The notes beneath the pieces were generated by a model that saw only the letters and a program-made list of their open reading frames with translations, ran no database searches and had not been told where the DNA came from. From positions 28,334,001-28,398,000 of the forward strand of contig NC_083288.1 of assembly GCF_963506605.1 (NCBI RefSeq): a stretch of DNA of 64,000 nt, given 5' to 3'. This document shows positions 24,744-38,499 of this stretch, piece after piece (positions within the stretch are counted from its first letter, which is position 1; each line of letters starts with the position of its first letter). Both the position numbers and the translations under genes were made by a program. This stretch comes from Zootoca vivipara. Lineage: Eukaryota.

Positions 24744-26749
24744 GTAACAAGTGAGAAATTAAACACATTCAACCACAACCTTTCCTATCCAGTTTCTGTG
24801 GAGGGGATGGAAGGAAGGAAGTGCTTGGGAATGTGTGTCCATTTGCAACCACATAGGAAATAAGGAGGCAAAACACAACCTTGGGTGACTATTAATTTCA
24901 ACACAATAGATTTACAGTAGGGGACAATGGTGCAGGATATTAACTGTTCATAACACACTGTGGTGAGTCTACCTAGCCAAGGGTAAGGGGTAACCCTTTG
25001 CTTAAGCCCCACCTGGAGAGGCCTTCACCCTTTCCTGTTTCACCCTGAGGAATTCACCTGAACTGATTAAAAGATTAAAAGGTGGAGCAATGAGTGATTG
25101 AAGGCTGCAGGAGACACAAGGTTGCCATGTCAGCCATTCCCTCCAACCAGAGGTGGAGCAAGGTGGGGGTGTTTCGCCCTGGGTGTCATTCCTGATGGGG
25201 GATGACATTGCTGTGGGCAACTCCTCTCCAGGACGCTCTCTGCTGCCAGCCCACCCTCTTGGGATGAGCTCCAATGCCGACGCACCCCCGAGATGCGCGC
25301 CGACACCAAGACACACCCCTGGGACACGCGCTGACGCCAAAACACCCCCTAAGGCACACACCAATACCACTAGCTCCGCCTTTGCCTGCCCCTATGGGCG
25401 TTCGCCCCACCCCTGGGCACATCGCCCCAGGTACCCAAGAGGCTTCCTCCACCACTGCCTCCAACATTGGCATAGCACACCCTCCAACATCCTGTAAAGG
25501 AAAATTGGGACGTTTGTCTTTCAGGGCCAGGCTCCCGTACAAGTTACATGAGAGCACGGCCTCTCAAAACAGGTGTCTTTAGGGGCTGTGCTTTTGCAGG
25601 AGCCAGGTGATTTGCTTGAGAGCACCGCTCCAACAAAATGTGTCTCTCTGGGGACCACACTCTCTCGGGAGCCAAATCAGGATATCCCAGGATCCAATCA
25701 GAAGCCAGGGCGGCTTCTGTAATTCTGGGATATCCTGCTCAAAGCAGGGCATATGAGTATGGCACAGTGTGTGGATGTATTCTGACACCAACACCAGGTC
25801 TCCCATTCTCTAAGTGGCTGCAATGGCTACGCATTCCCACAGCGACACCATACATTTAAAAGAATCTCATACCACTTTAAGAGGCATAGCTTTCTCCAAA
25901 GAGTCCTGGGAACTATAGCTTAATAAAGGTACCTGGAATCATTCGGGGACCCATAACAAACTTCCGTTACCCAGATTCTTTGGGGGAAACCATGACTCCT
26001 AAACTGTGCTTTAAATGCATGCTGTGTATGTGACCTACATGTGTACTCTTGTAAAGGGATCTGCCATTTCCTTTGTGTCAGGAGTGAGCCTACCACAGTA
26101 ATGACTGGACGCACCAACTTGGGCCCCAGAAGAGCATGGGTGTCCAGTGGTGTGTGTGCACAACATGACATCATGATGTCACCGCAACGTCACAGTGTGC
26201 ACACACCAGGGCCATGGCGGAAAACTGCACAAGGGCCTCTGCCTCTGTCATGGGGCCTCTGATGGGACCCATTGTGGCTGTGGCTGTGCTTCCACAGCAG
26301 CGGTGGGGTGGAGCATGGGTGCCCTGGTCCAGTTGCCATGGTGGCACCAGTGATGGAAAGAGGCCAGGCACCCACAGTGATAATTTTGTGTGTGCCCAGG
26401 CCCCCAAGACCCCCTGGAAATGGTGCCAAGTGTAATAATAGCCCCCTCCTCAATGCACACATGGATATCTCTTACATCCAGAGCCCCAACATATAGCAGA
26501 AAGTCCCTGGCAAGGTGATGCTCCCTGCCATACAAGAGTTTCTGGCCTTTGCTGAACATGGTTTCTGTCTCTCAATGCAAGCTATAATTTGACTTAATTA
26601 TATGTTCTAGTCCCATTTATTGCAGCCTATGTGGCATTGGTTTTGAAAGGACATGATCACTTCCTTCCAAGGCTCCCTGTACTTTCACTTCATTGATCAG
26701 TTCCTTCCTGTTGGTGATGACCAGGTCTAAGAGAGATGACACCCTTGTT

Positions 26750-27073
26750 CAGGGTCCCCAAACTAAGGCCCGGGGGCCAGATGCGGCCCAATCGCCTTCT
26801 AAATCTGGCCCACGGACAGTCCGGGAATCAGCATGTTTTTACTGAGTAGAATGTGTCCTTTATTTAAAATGCATCTCTGGGTTATTTGTGGGGCCTGCCT
26901 GGTGTTTTCACATGAGTAGAATGTGTCCTTTTACTTAAAATGCATCTCTGGGTTATTTGTGGGGCATAAGAATTCGTTCATTTCCCCCCCCCCAAAAAAA
27001 ATATAGTCCGGCCCCCCACAAAGTCTGAGGGACAGTGGACCGGACCCCTGCTGAAATTTTTTGCTGACCCCTG
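26750..27073. mobile_element. hAT-type MITE
   Basis: cagggtccccaaact...ttgctgacccctg; TSD cccttgtt/gccttgtt; internal ~72-bp duplication; same family as 33774. Confidence 0.88.
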
Positions 27074-27639
27074 GCCTTGTTGCTTCTTCCACCTTCTGGG
27101 AGATGAAATTGACAAGGAGGAATTTGTTGGTAATCTGCTTTAGGAAGGCATCATCCATGCCCTTGTGCGTGTTTTTTTTAACCCACCTCTTTCTTATTTA
27201 AGAATCTTTAACCTAGACTTTCATAAAATATAGCAAGTTGAAATGCAACATATAAAGTTAACAAAAGATCCATAAAAATAAAATAAAACCATCAGCAAAT
27301 ACTGGCTAGTTAATTGAGAGAAAAGTCAGGTTGCAAAGTCCCATCTAAACAACAGCAGCAAAAGTTTGCTAATGACATCCCAAGGAAGGAAAGGATCAAT
27401 GGTTCTTGCCAAATCTCTGCTGGTAGGAAATCCCACAGGGTGAGGCCTATACCTAGTGTATGCCAATTGAACCTCAGGGCCATGGGGATCCATCAGAATT
27501 GCCCCATCAGAGGATTTGAGCAATCAAGTTGAATCATAAGGAATTAGATGGTCCCTTAGGTACTTTGGGCCCAAGATGAACCCGGCTTGGTAGTGAATTG
27601 GTAAAAAGTTCAGCTGTCTCAGCAGTGGAGTAACCGGTT

Positions 27640-28820
27640 GCTCATGTGAGTAGTCTAGCTGCTGCATTCTGAAAAAGTTGAAACATCTGGGCTAGATACA
27701 AGGGAAGTTCCACATAAAGTGTGTTACAGTAATCAAATCTTGAGGCTGCCAATGCTTGAACCACTGTAGTCAGGTTGTCGTGGTCCAGGAACAGGTTGTC
27801 GTGGTCATAGCTTCATACCAGCCAGAGCAAAGCACTCCTGGCCACTGAATGCCTTTTGACACTTAGGCCTTTGTGACAGTGACAGAGTAAGGAACATTCC
27901 CCCCCCCCCACACTGCATATCTTTTCCTTCAGAGGGAGTGCCACACTGTCAGAATAGGCAGTTGACGTGTCTCTGGGACATAGGAACCACCCACCCAAAA
28001 GGCTTCCATCCTTTCATATTCAAGTTTGGTTTATTGACCCTCATTTATTTCACCACTGCATTCATGCACCAGCGCTGGGTTTGCACAGTCTTTACTGACT
28101 CAGATATAATGGAGAAATAGCCTTGGGTACCATCAGCTTACTGATGATACCTTGCTTCAAAACACTTAATGGTCACTTCCACAGCTTCATTGGGAAAATC
28201 ATTGGGAACAAAATAGTGTTTGTGGTACACCATGTTATAGACACCAGAGAGTCAAAGAACACTGTCCCACTGTCAGGGCCATCTTAAGCGTATCTGGCAC
28301 CCTGGCGCCATGGTGCGAAGGATCCCTCAGGCGCCCCCCCTGCCCCGTTTCACGGAACGGCGGACGGGCACAGCACGCAGCATGGCTGCCACGGGCGCTG
28401 CTGCGTGGTGGGCGGGCGCAGCTACGTGGCGCCCCCCTGGTGGCCCAGTGCCCTGCACCACCCAGCCTGGCTGTAGGGCCGGCCCTGCCCATTGTTACTG
28501 TCTGGGCATGACCCTGCATATAGGAATAGAGACAATGCACCACAAAACCATCAGTACCCTACCCGCAGATTTAGTCAAGGAGAATACCATAGTTGATGGA
28601 GTTGATAGCCACTGTGAGATTGAGCAGAAGGAGCAGGGTTTCATTGCCCCGTCCCTCTCTATATAAAGCTCATCCATCAGGGGCCCCAAGGCTGATTCAG
28701 TCTCCAACCCAGGCCTGAGCCCAGACTGCCATGGATCCAGATAATCAGCTTCATCTAGGAATGCCACAACCCACTCAACCACCTTCTCCAGAAAGGAAAG
28801 GTTTGCAACCAGGTGATAGG
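27640..28820 (-). mobile_element. Degraded L2-like LINE fragment (interrupted)
   Basis: ORF 28495-28782 LDPWQSGLRPGLETESAL resembles the LINE RT QSGFR..STETAL motif. Confidence 0.6.
28274..28487. mobile_element. GC-rich non-autonomous hAT-type element
   Basis: cagggccatcttaag...ggccggccctg; TSD cccactgt/cccattgt; related to 24419 and 56302. Confidence 0.85.
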
Positions 28821-29114
28821 TGTTAAAATAAATTGGGTCCAGAGATGGGTGTTCTTTTTAGTAGTAGTAGTTGCACCAATACTTCCTTTAAGGTGGCAGC
28901 TACCTGGCCCACCTATTAAACACCCTCCCCAACTCAATTTCATCAGCCATGATGAGCAGGAATTAAGAAGGCATGTAGTTGGATGCATCTCTCTGCAAGC
29001 ATCCTGTCCACATAATCAGGCCTCATAAATGGAAATTGATCCCATGAAGTTGGAGAAGACGTAGCAGTGATCACTTTATCTGGGACTGAACCAAAATGGT
29101 AGTGTCTAAATCAC

Positions 29115-29650
29115 TGTGGAGGTAAAATACTTTATCTTCACAGCAGGCCTCTGTTGCTTCCAGAGTCCTATTCACAACACATTTGGTAAGACCAGATTCT
29201 GGATGAGCCAGAAGAGCTCTGTGTCAGGAGTGTGGGCAGGAGTCAGGCTCTGGGGCCTGTAGTGCTTTGCAGGACTGGGGCCTGCCTCAGCTTGTGCTGG
29301 AGAAGCTAGGAGTGGCCACTCAGGTGACGCCACTTGATAACTTACTGCACCTGGTGGCAAGAGCTGGGAGGGATAAAAGCTCAGCATTTCCCTGAGTTGT
29401 TGCATCTGGCCTCTTGCTCCTTGGACCCTCGCCTTGCCAATGCCTTGATCCTTGACCCTTGGACCTTCGCCTTGCCGACACCTTGCTCCTCAACCCCCAG
29501 ACCTTCACCTCCTCCTGGCTTCTTGACCCTGCAACTGCCTGCTGCTGGACCCTCAGCCCTGCCCCTGTTCCTGCTTCTACGCCACCATCTTGCCTCTGGT
29601 CCTGACGTCCTCAACCAGGGCTTCAACTGCCCGCTGACCGGACTGTGACA
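29115..29650 (-). mobile_element. Possible solo LTR
   Basis: - strand reads TGTCACAGTCCGG...ATAAAGTATTTTACCTCCACA; no TSD found. Confidence 0.4.
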
Positions 29651-29908
29651 CCCTGTGGGACAATTGCAGGCATACATCTGATAAATTGCAGGTTCAGTTC
29701 CAAGTCACCGCAATAAAGTGAATATTGCAATAAAACAAGTTATACATCCCCTCACCCCCGAGAATCTATAAATTACATTTACATTATACTGCAGACTATT
29801 AAGTGTGAATTATCATTTTTTTGTTTTTTTAAAAAAATTACATACTTTAATTTTTTTAAAAAAACTTGATTGCTAAAAATACTAACCACCACCTGAGCCT
29901 TTCAGTGA

Positions 29909-30043
29909 NNNNNNNNNNNNNNNNNNNNNNNNNNNNNNNNNNNNNNNNNNNNNNNNNNNNNNNNNNNNNNNNNNNNNNNNNNNNNNNNNNNNNNNNNNNN
30001 NNNNNNNNNNNNNNNNNNNNNNNNNNNNNNNNNNNNNNNNNNN
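29909..30043. other. Assembly gap
   Basis: Run of N. Confidence 1.
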
Positions 30044-30654
30044 AGCTACATCTGCATCCTTGTAAGGAGCAGCAGGAGTCACTGTGCTGCAAGACAGTCA
30101 CCAGCAGCCTATTCTCCAGCTCTGCAGCTGCAGCAACCCTTCAAAACCACATTGTCTCTGAAGCTCAGTAAATCAAAACACAATGAAATGAAGTATGCCT
30201 GTACTTGAAGAGGCAGTAGAGACTATGAAGTAAGACTTATTCTGCTCTTATTGCCACATTGTTGGTGTGATTGTGTGCTCTAACCCATGCTCAGTTGGCC
30301 TCAAGCAAGATCTACACAGCCAATGCTCTAGTTGACATCCATGTCTTATCACATGCAACTTGATAGAGTACCAGGGGGGCATTATGGGCACTTGGGAGTG
30401 ATGATGTTAGTAGCCTTCTACATCTCACCATTCCACAGTGAGATGGGAGCCTCAACAGGATCACCTGCTCTATCCACTGGAAAGTCCCTCAGAGCATTCA
30501 GGGATACATCAGGATCTATAAATCTTGAAGGGCAGACCATCTTCATCAGTCCCCCTCTCTTGTCATGGAGGATAGCTGTCATGAGTCCAAACTTAATCAG
30601 GAAGTGGTCTATCTAAAATATTAGATAATCCGTGTTATGATGATACGTATAGAT

Positions 30655-30790
30655 CAGGCATCCCCAAACTGCGGCCCTCCAGATGTTTTGGCCTACAACT
30701 CCCATGATTCCTAGCTAACAGGACCAGTGGTCAGGAAAGATGGGAATTGTAGTCCAAAACATCTGGAGGGCCGAAGTTTGGGGATGCCTG
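30655..30790. mobile_element. 136-bp palindromic hAT-type MITE
   Basis: caggcatccccaaact...agtttggggatgcctg; perfect TSD gtatagat. Confidence 0.92.
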
Positions 30791-32052
30791 GTATAGATGG
30801 ACACTTAATATATTTTGATATTCAGTGAAAAAGCAAAGCAGTTCTACCTGTGTTTGAGCAACAGATTGTTCAGACAATCCGTTAGCAGCCATGCTAGGTT
30901 GAATTCAATTGCTCCTTTCGTCACCTGATGCCTTCTGAGTTGGTAGCTGTAATACCACCTTCTGGACATCTGCCGTGCAAAAGGGTGGCACTAAAAAGTA
31001 CCACGAACAATTGTTCAGCTGAGTGAGGAATCTTACGGTGACTGTCAGATACATTTATGAAGAGGCCAGTCTCAGCACAAGTCATGTTACTGTTACCATT
31101 TTTAAGGATGATTTATGAAAGTTGTTTGATATCATAGCACTAAACAAGGGATCGGGGTATAATCCAGGCAACTGACACCAAAGGATAAATGGGTAGCATT
31201 TACATTAAATGGAGATTCATTAAAAGATCATGATCTACATCCATTTTTTACATTATTCCCACAGTATACTTTATGTCCATGGGGGGGCGGGGGCGGGGAG
31301 AGAGCCTATTTATCAAATTTAGGGTCCAGGTGTTTTAATGTTTCAAGTGGTATAGGTATGTGTGTTGGGGAACTAGCTGGCTTTTAGGACAACTCTCTGG
31401 TGTGCTGGACTTTTTCTTTTTCAAACAGGTTTCTAGGTACAGCGTAGTGGTTCTCACTACCTTCAAGAGAAAATGAGAAATATAGCTTCCTGTGTTGTAC
31501 AGATTAGACCCCAATTGTGAAAATGATCAATATTTATCATTTCTAACAACGGAAGAAGGTGTATTCCTTTCTTCTCCCAAATTATGATTCAGCGTGCAAC
31601 TTCCACGATGTTGCCTATACACTTTTCATATTCCTTTCTTTCAAAGCATTCTTACACAAACATTCCTGTGATTATTCTCTAGCTTGTGCTTCCATCTAGT
31701 GGTTATTTTAAATAAAGCATTAATGGGGAAGCTATCACAGATTCACAACTAGGCACTCTGATATTATATATGTAATATTCATCACAAATTCGTTGCACAA
31801 TAATCTCTTATTTTTCGTGGTCTTATAAAATAAAATAGTAAGTTTAATTTAGAATTGGCACCACTGAATCCCACTTAAGGTGGAAAGTGTGGTCAGAGGC
31901 AGCAGAGGAGAAAGGCTGCTGGGTGGGTAGAGATCTCTCTTCAGACATTTTGTTGGGCTCCTGTGGCAATTGAAGGAGTAGAACTTTTCATATGCAAAAT
32001 ATAACCTGAACATAAACTGGAAATTAAAATAAGGCTTTACTCCTAATCCTGT

Positions 32053-32055
<3 letters not shown>

Positions 32056-32107
<52 letters not shown>

Positions 32108-32733
32108 AGTGGTACCTCTCTAGACGAATGCCCTGCTAGACGAATTTTTTGCTATACGAATGGGTTTTGAGATCGGAGGTTGCCTCGCAAGACGAATTCA
32201 TTTTGTGAAAAATTCGTCTAGCGAATCGCGGTTTCCCATAGGAATGCATTGAAATTGAATTAATGTGTTCCTATGGGCAAAAAAATAAATAAATAAGTTT
32301 CAATGCATTCCTATGGGATTCGCAAGACGAATTTTTTGCAAAATGAATTGACTCACAGAACAAATTAAATTCGTCTTGCGAGGCACCACTGTAATGTATT
32401 ATTTATACCCCGCCCATCTGGCTGGGTTTCCGCAGCCACTCTGGGCGGCTTCCAACAGAAAAATAAAATACAATAATTTATTAAACATTAAAAGCCTCCC
32501 TAAATAGGGCTGCCTTCAGATGTCTTCTAAAAATCTGGTAGCTGTTTATCTCTTTGACATCTCATGGGAGGGCGTTCCACAGGGCGGGAGCCACTACTGA
32601 GAAGGCCTTCTGCCTGGTTCCCTGCAACTTGGCTTCTCACAACGAGGGAACCGCCAGAAGGCCCTCGGTGCTGGACCTCAGTGTCCGGGCAGAACAATGG
32701 GGGTGGACACGCTCCTTCAGGTATACTGGACCG
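32056..32733 (-). mobile_element. L2-like LINE 3' end with (AAT)n tail, interrupted by a Tc1/mariner MITE
   Basis: tttataccccgcccatctggctgggtttcc...gccactctgggcggc; very similar to 63378-63715. Confidence 0.75.
32107..32391. mobile_element. Tc1/mariner-type MITE
   Basis: TA|cagtggtacctc...gaggcaccactg|TA. Confidence 0.9.
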
Positions 32734-33516
32734 AAGTTACTCAAAAGTTAACTTCATAGAAGTGAAAAAGTAACAAGACAGAGCTCTTTGAAGGAAAAAG
32801 TGGTATATAAATGCATTAAATGCGTATCAGCACCAGGGGTTTCTGGAGGAAACAAATTATCTCGATCCATTTCAATCTGGTTTCACGTCTGGTTATGGGA
32901 CAGAGATGGCTTTGGTCACCATGGCTGATGTCGTATACCAGGAATTAGATGCAGGGAGTGTGTTCCTGCTAGTTCTGTTGGACCACTCAGTGGTTTTCGG
33001 TACCGTCAACCATAGTATCCTTCTAGGCCACTTTCCTGAGATGGGACTTGGAGGCACTTTTGGGGGCAAGGACCTGTGTTTTTGTTACTCTGTAAAAATA
33101 TGATGCTACATCATACCACAGTGTTGTTCTCATGGGGCATTCAGTTCCATATTTTGAGGGAAGAACCCTGGGCTTTTGAGGGCAGCCTAGCTGACAATTA
33201 TTATTTATCACATTATTAGCAAATCACCCGTTCATATAAAATATGTCCAAGTGGTATACAACAATGTATACAAAATCAATGGAGTATAAAATACCATAAA
33301 AACAAACGATAGGCTCCCATAAAAATGAATGAATGAATGAATGAATTAATTAATGAATAGGCCTCTCAGCATAAAAAGGAATTGACCAGTAAGCATTGTT
33401 GGAAAAAACCATTTCATAGCATTGCACCAGTGACAATAAATGACCAACTTCCCCATCCCTGTGATAATTCTATTAACATTACAATCCAATCCATGTTTAT
33501 TCAGAGATCATCACGA

Positions 33517-33598
33517 GAAGAAGAAGAAGAAGAAGAAGAAGAAGAAGAAGAAGAAGAAGAAGAAGAAGAAGAAGAAGAAGAAGAAGAAGAAGAAGAAG
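33517..33598. repeat. (GAA)n microsatellite
   Basis: Direct reading; source of the spurious poly-E/poly-K ORFs. Confidence 0.95.
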
Positions 33599-33700
33599 GT
33601 GTATCTGAAGAAGTGTGCATGCACACAAAAGCTCATACCAATGACAAACTTAATTGGTCTCTAAGGTGCTACTGGAAAAAAAATATTTTTATTTTGTTTC
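33599..33700 (+). mobile_element. Penelope 3' fragment with degenerate hammerhead (33601-33638)
   Basis: Core GAAA mutated to AAAA (CpG decay). Confidence 0.8.
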
Positions 33701-33773
33701 TATCTGAAGCAAGACAGCCTTCAAAACATAACAGGCAGAGGCAAAGATCCACACCTGACCTGAAAGTTTGGTG

Positions 33774-34095
33774 CAGGGGTCCCCAAACTAAGGCCCGGGA
33801 GCCAGATCCAGCCCAATCGCCTTCTAAATCCGACCCGCAGACAGTCCGGGAATCAGCATGTTTTTACATGAGTAGAATGTGTCCTTTTATTTAAAATGCA
33901 TCTCTGGGTTATTTGTGGGGCCTGCCTGGTGTTTTTATATGAGTAGAATGTGTCCTTTTATTTAAAATGCATCTCTGGGTTATTTGTGGGGCATAGGAAT
34001 TTGTTCATTTTTTTTTCTCAAAATATAGTCTGGCCTCCCACAAGGTCTGAGGGACAGTGGACCGGCCCCCTGCTGAAAAAGTTTGCTGACCTCTG
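33774..34095. mobile_element. hAT-type MITE
   Basis: caggggtccccaaact...gtttgctgacctctg; perfect TSD gtttggtg. Confidence 0.9.
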
Positions 34096-34678
34096 GTTTG
34101 GTGATTCCCATCTGTAGTGAGTTTAGGAAAACTTTGTGTCAAATGTTATTTCATGCAGGAGTGTGGCATTGTGGGAGAGGTAAAAGCTGTAGCCCTCTGG
34201 GAAATGGGTACTTGGCCCCCTTAAGACGAAACCCCCTCACACCCTCCGTTTCTCTGTGAAGTGTAAGCTAAATTGCATCCTGACTTTAGAGCAGGACAAG
34301 ATGCTATCTGAAATGTGATTCACAAAGGTAAAGTGAGAATCTGGTACAGCTGGGGGCTGAGATGTGGATTTGGTTGTAAAAGAAAGGAGGCTATCAGGTA
34401 ATTTACAATCAAAGGGCCTGGTACATTAGGGCGTGTTGAATTTTTCATCTTTAAAAATCCTGATTTGAGGGGTGTTAAAAAGTTGTGGTATGATGAGGTA
34501 ATTTGAAATATATTTTGGTTCCTTGTAAATATTGAGGTCTTGCTTGGTAAATCTCTATGTGAAAAGTTCCTACTTTTTAACATTTTTTAAATTTTCCTGA
34601 CATTTATATACATATAGGTTATTCCCCAATTTTGATGAAAACAGATGTTGCTAAGTGCCTAAAATTGATTACAAGATA

Positions 34679-34930
34679 CAGTGGTACCTTGCAAGATGAA
34701 ATTAATTTGTTCTGCAAGTCGCTTTGCATAGCAAAAAACTCGTCTTGCAAAGCGTGGTTTAAAATTTTCCCGGTTTACCCAGTCTACCCATTTAGTTAAT
34801 GCATTCCTATTTGTCTTGCAAAGCGCGGTCATAGGAAACTTTGTCTTGCGAGTCGCCTCGCACAACGCAAAATGCTTTCATCTTGAGAGTTTTTCATTGC
34901 ATGAGGCATTCGTCTTGTGGGGTACCACTG
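34679..34930. mobile_element. Tc1/mariner-type MITE
   Basis: TA|cagtggtacc...ggtaccactg|TA; related to 32107. Confidence 0.88.
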
Positions 34931-36012
34931 TATTGTAGTTCTCTGATATATGTATTGTAGTTATCTGTACTATTAATATTAATATTATACAACAGTATGT
35001 GATATCTTTTTTGCTTTCTACCACCAGTCCACCCACTGAGGTCGTTGGGGTTTCAAAGCCGAAATGCTCTGACAAGTAGATTTCTCATCTATCCGAGATA
35101 GACAGAATGGGGTGGCATGAGGACATCTAACCAGCCCTAGCAATTGTCTTCTGTGTTGCATTGGAGACTGGGGGCTGGGGTCTTGCTTGAATATGTTACA
35201 GAGCATCTCTGGTACCAGAACAATTGTGTGGTCATCAAAGGAGCTGGGATCCTCACCCACCAACATCATTTTATTATACTATACTATATTCTATATGTAT
35301 ATACTATATTCAGCAGAGAATTGTGTCCTTTTGTTGCTCACTCCCATCCTTTGCAAACAGAATTTTATTCCCATGAAGGAGAAAAGCATGTTTTCTTTGA
35401 AGAATAGCTATGATGATAAACACGATAAGGAAGTCTATGCAGAGGACTGGATAAACTACTTGGAGGTGTTAAAAATACACTGTAAAGTAGAGCTACCAAA
35501 GTTCAGTCGAGTGACGGTCTTTCCTTATTGGATAAATTGGGGGTGCAAAAACAGCATTCTGATAGTGTAGGATTAAGGCTGTTGGGCAGGCACCCAATCT
35601 TAAAATAAGGATTGCCACATTTTAAGAAAGACAAGATTTTAGTTCCTTCAATAGTAGCATGGATAATAAGCATTATGGTAACCCTTCTATCACAGTGATG
35701 GAAGGATGGAAATACTATATATTCTCCTGCCTCAGAACCATTAAATGAACAGAAGTCTTGACCTGCATGGAATATGGTTTCTCTAAGTCTGACACCATCT
35801 TTGTGAGGATCAAGAGCAGGCCTTTAGATTCTACAGGAATCAAATTTTAATAGTGTACACTTCTTTTGAAGAGCATGGTCCAGGGGGCTTCTGCCAGTGG
35901 CTCTCCTACTCAGATGTGGGCCCTCAGCAGATACATGATCATGTGACACCAGCCCTTGAAGTTGTTAATTTATTATTCTTTTTTTACTATAATAGGATGT
36001 TATAAGATAAAG

Positions 36013-36147
36013 CAGGCATCCCCAAACTTTGGTCCTCCAGATGTTTTGGACTACAATCCCCATCATCCCTGATCATTGGTCCTGTTAGCTAGGGATCATG
36101 GGAGTTGTAGGCAAAACATCTGGAGGGCCGCAGTTTGGGGATGCCTA
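36013..36147. mobile_element. Palindromic hAT-type MITE (30655 family)
   Basis: Same TIRs; TSD agataaag. Confidence 0.9.
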
Positions 36148-37878
36148 AGATAAAGTAATGATATGTTGTTACAGCTGGAAACAAAATTTCTTTATATTTT
36201 CGCTTGTATAAAATGATTAAAAACATTAACTTCGCTTCAAAATGCAAGTTTTCGGCTTTTTTAAAGTGTATTTCAAACAGATCTCAATTTACCAAGCTAA
36301 ACATCAACCAATCATAAAAATAATTGCAGATTTGGATTCCTCATGTGCAATAACATATTTTTAGAACCCCTCATTGAGCAAATTAAAAAAAAATCGTCCT
36401 TAAATGACACGCCCTACTGGTACATGTCAAAAAGAGACTTGGGAATTTGGGGAGTGCCTTTTGTTCTCAAGGCCTCTGAGACTAAACAAAGTTTCAGCTG
36501 TGCTGGTCTCTGGCAATCATGAGATATATGTTCATCACCCTGCTATTGGTAAATTCATAATTAAACCCACAAGGGGATTGGTTCCTAACCTGTCCCACAC
36601 GTGGAGGTTTCAAGGATAAAGGTTTGGGAATTCAGATGTTAATTGCTCTTAACACTCAGCTCTTAGCCATTGTCTGCTTTTTGCCATTCATCGCTCTCCA
36701 TCATGGCTTCGCCATGGGTGTTTGCCAAAGGAAACCCTTCTGGTCTGTAAACTGTGCTTTGTAATTCTGTCGCTGTGAGTATGTTTTAGCTAGTTATATT
36801 TTGCAATGTTTTTTTTCCTGTTTGGAACCTTCTGAGAACTGTGTAACCCTTTTAGTTGTCCTTTCTTTTAATAAATATTGAAAAGGACTCTTTTGTCTTC
36901 TGTTTTATGCCTTTTGCCTCGGGAAGCTAAACCAGTACCTCACCATTTGGACACCTACTTGTTCTACCTGTTGAATTTCTGCCTGCGTCACAGTAAAGTG
37001 ACGCAGGACCATGCAAACCCGGTAAACACGGAGGATCTTCTTCCTTGCCCCCAGGCATAGCGTTGCCCGGAGAAAGGAAGTGGTGGCAGCTCTACCTTTT
37101 AGATTTGTGCTTCTGCAAAGAATGGCACTACTCTTTCCCTTCTTTCCCAGTTCCGGTTGGTGTCTAGATGGACTGGATAAGAAGGGCGGAGAGTGGTATT
37201 ACTACAGCATCCCTTGAAAAGTAATACAATATTTTGAGGGCATTTTCACCTCTCCCCACAAAATCCAATGAAAACTTTTATAAAGTTCCCCAATAGGAAA
37301 AAAAGCAAAAGCAAAACATAGTCCTCCCTGAACTTTATCACCTGCTAATAGGGCTATACAACCAAAGTGGGATGTATTCAAATTATTAATCAAATTTTAA
37401 AACAATTGAATCATTTTCTTATTCACAATTTTTTTTGTTGAGCATAATTTGATAGCAAATGAAAACATCCCTATATAATGCTCAAGGGAAGAGTGATGGA
37501 GAACCTTATCTGTGTTTTGCTCCTGAGAATTGCTCACATTTTTTAGAAAATTGCAGGAGGGAAATAATACATAGTAACAGTGCACCTTCTCAGTGAAGTC
37601 TTTAGGTAAAGCATACAGAATATATGGTGCTCACTGTAGAACCCTGGGGGTTGCTACCCCTGTGTCCTGTAGTTAGGCTATGAAGCTAATCCTGTAGGAC
37701 CACAGCTGAGTTTAAGGAGACAAAAATCCCGAAGAAAGAATATTTTTTCTTCAAAGAAAGCACAGGGAAGCCAATTTTTCATCTCTAACTGTAATGATGT
37801 CAAGATGGTCATGAAGAAAAAGCAGAAATAATAAAGCTTTATCTAGTGGTAAATATCTGAATTAATATCTGGTTACAT

Positions 37879-38054
37879 CAGGGGTTGTCAGCCAGGTCCC
37901 GGCCACCCACTAGTGGGCATTTCAGGATTCTAGGTGGGCGGTAGGGGGTTCTATGGCACAAGCTGAATCCTCTGTCCAGTGGGCAGTAAGGAAATTTTAC
38001 CATCAAGACAGATACATTAGTGGGCGGTAGGTATACAAAGGTTGACTACCCATG
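37879..38054. mobile_element. hAT-type MITE
   Basis: caggggttgtca...gttgactacccatg; TSD ggttacat at 37871-37878 and 38055-38062. Confidence 0.85.
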
Positions 38055-38062
38055 GGTTACAT

Positions 38063-38198
38063 CAGGCACCCCCAAACTGCGGCCCTCCAGATGTTTTGGC
38101 CTACAACTCCCATGATCCCTAGCTAACAGGACCAGTGGTCGGGGAAGATGGGAATTGTAGTCCAAAACATCTGGAGGGCCAAAGTTTGGGGATGCCTG
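38063..38198. mobile_element. Palindromic hAT-type MITE (30655 family)
   Basis: TSD ggttacat / ggttacgt (38199-38206). Confidence 0.9.
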
Positions 38199-38499
38199 GG
38201 TTACGTAGTGTGATCGATAGGTTTAGTGGTTGTATGAATCAAGGATATTGTTGAAGTCTATGTGGGATAGAGGGAGCTCCTAATGTGAAATTAGAATAGT
38301 GTGCACAGTTCTGGTTGCAATATTTCATCAGTAATCTCAGAGAGCTGGAAAATGTATTTAAGAAAAGGGCATACAAAACAATCTTAAGGGCACAAATTCC
38401 TTAGAAACACTTTCATGTCTCTTGAATCTGCTAGCAATCAACTTCATTGGCTAAACCCAAGATCAAGAGAATGGGAAAATTAACCTCTATCTACTTTCT

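Noticed and set aside
24958-25490. Possible solo LTR with short internal repeats
   Set aside because: TG...CA ends are ambiguous and no TSD was found; cannot be supported.
33382-33894. 170-aa poly-Glu ORF
   Set aside because: Made of a (GAA)n microsatellite plus Penelope and MITE sequence.
36426-37095. ERV-LTR-like segment with AATAAA (36870) and PBS-like tggtggcagc (37081)
   Set aside because: No clear terminal CA, TSD or internal ORF; boundaries could not be defined.
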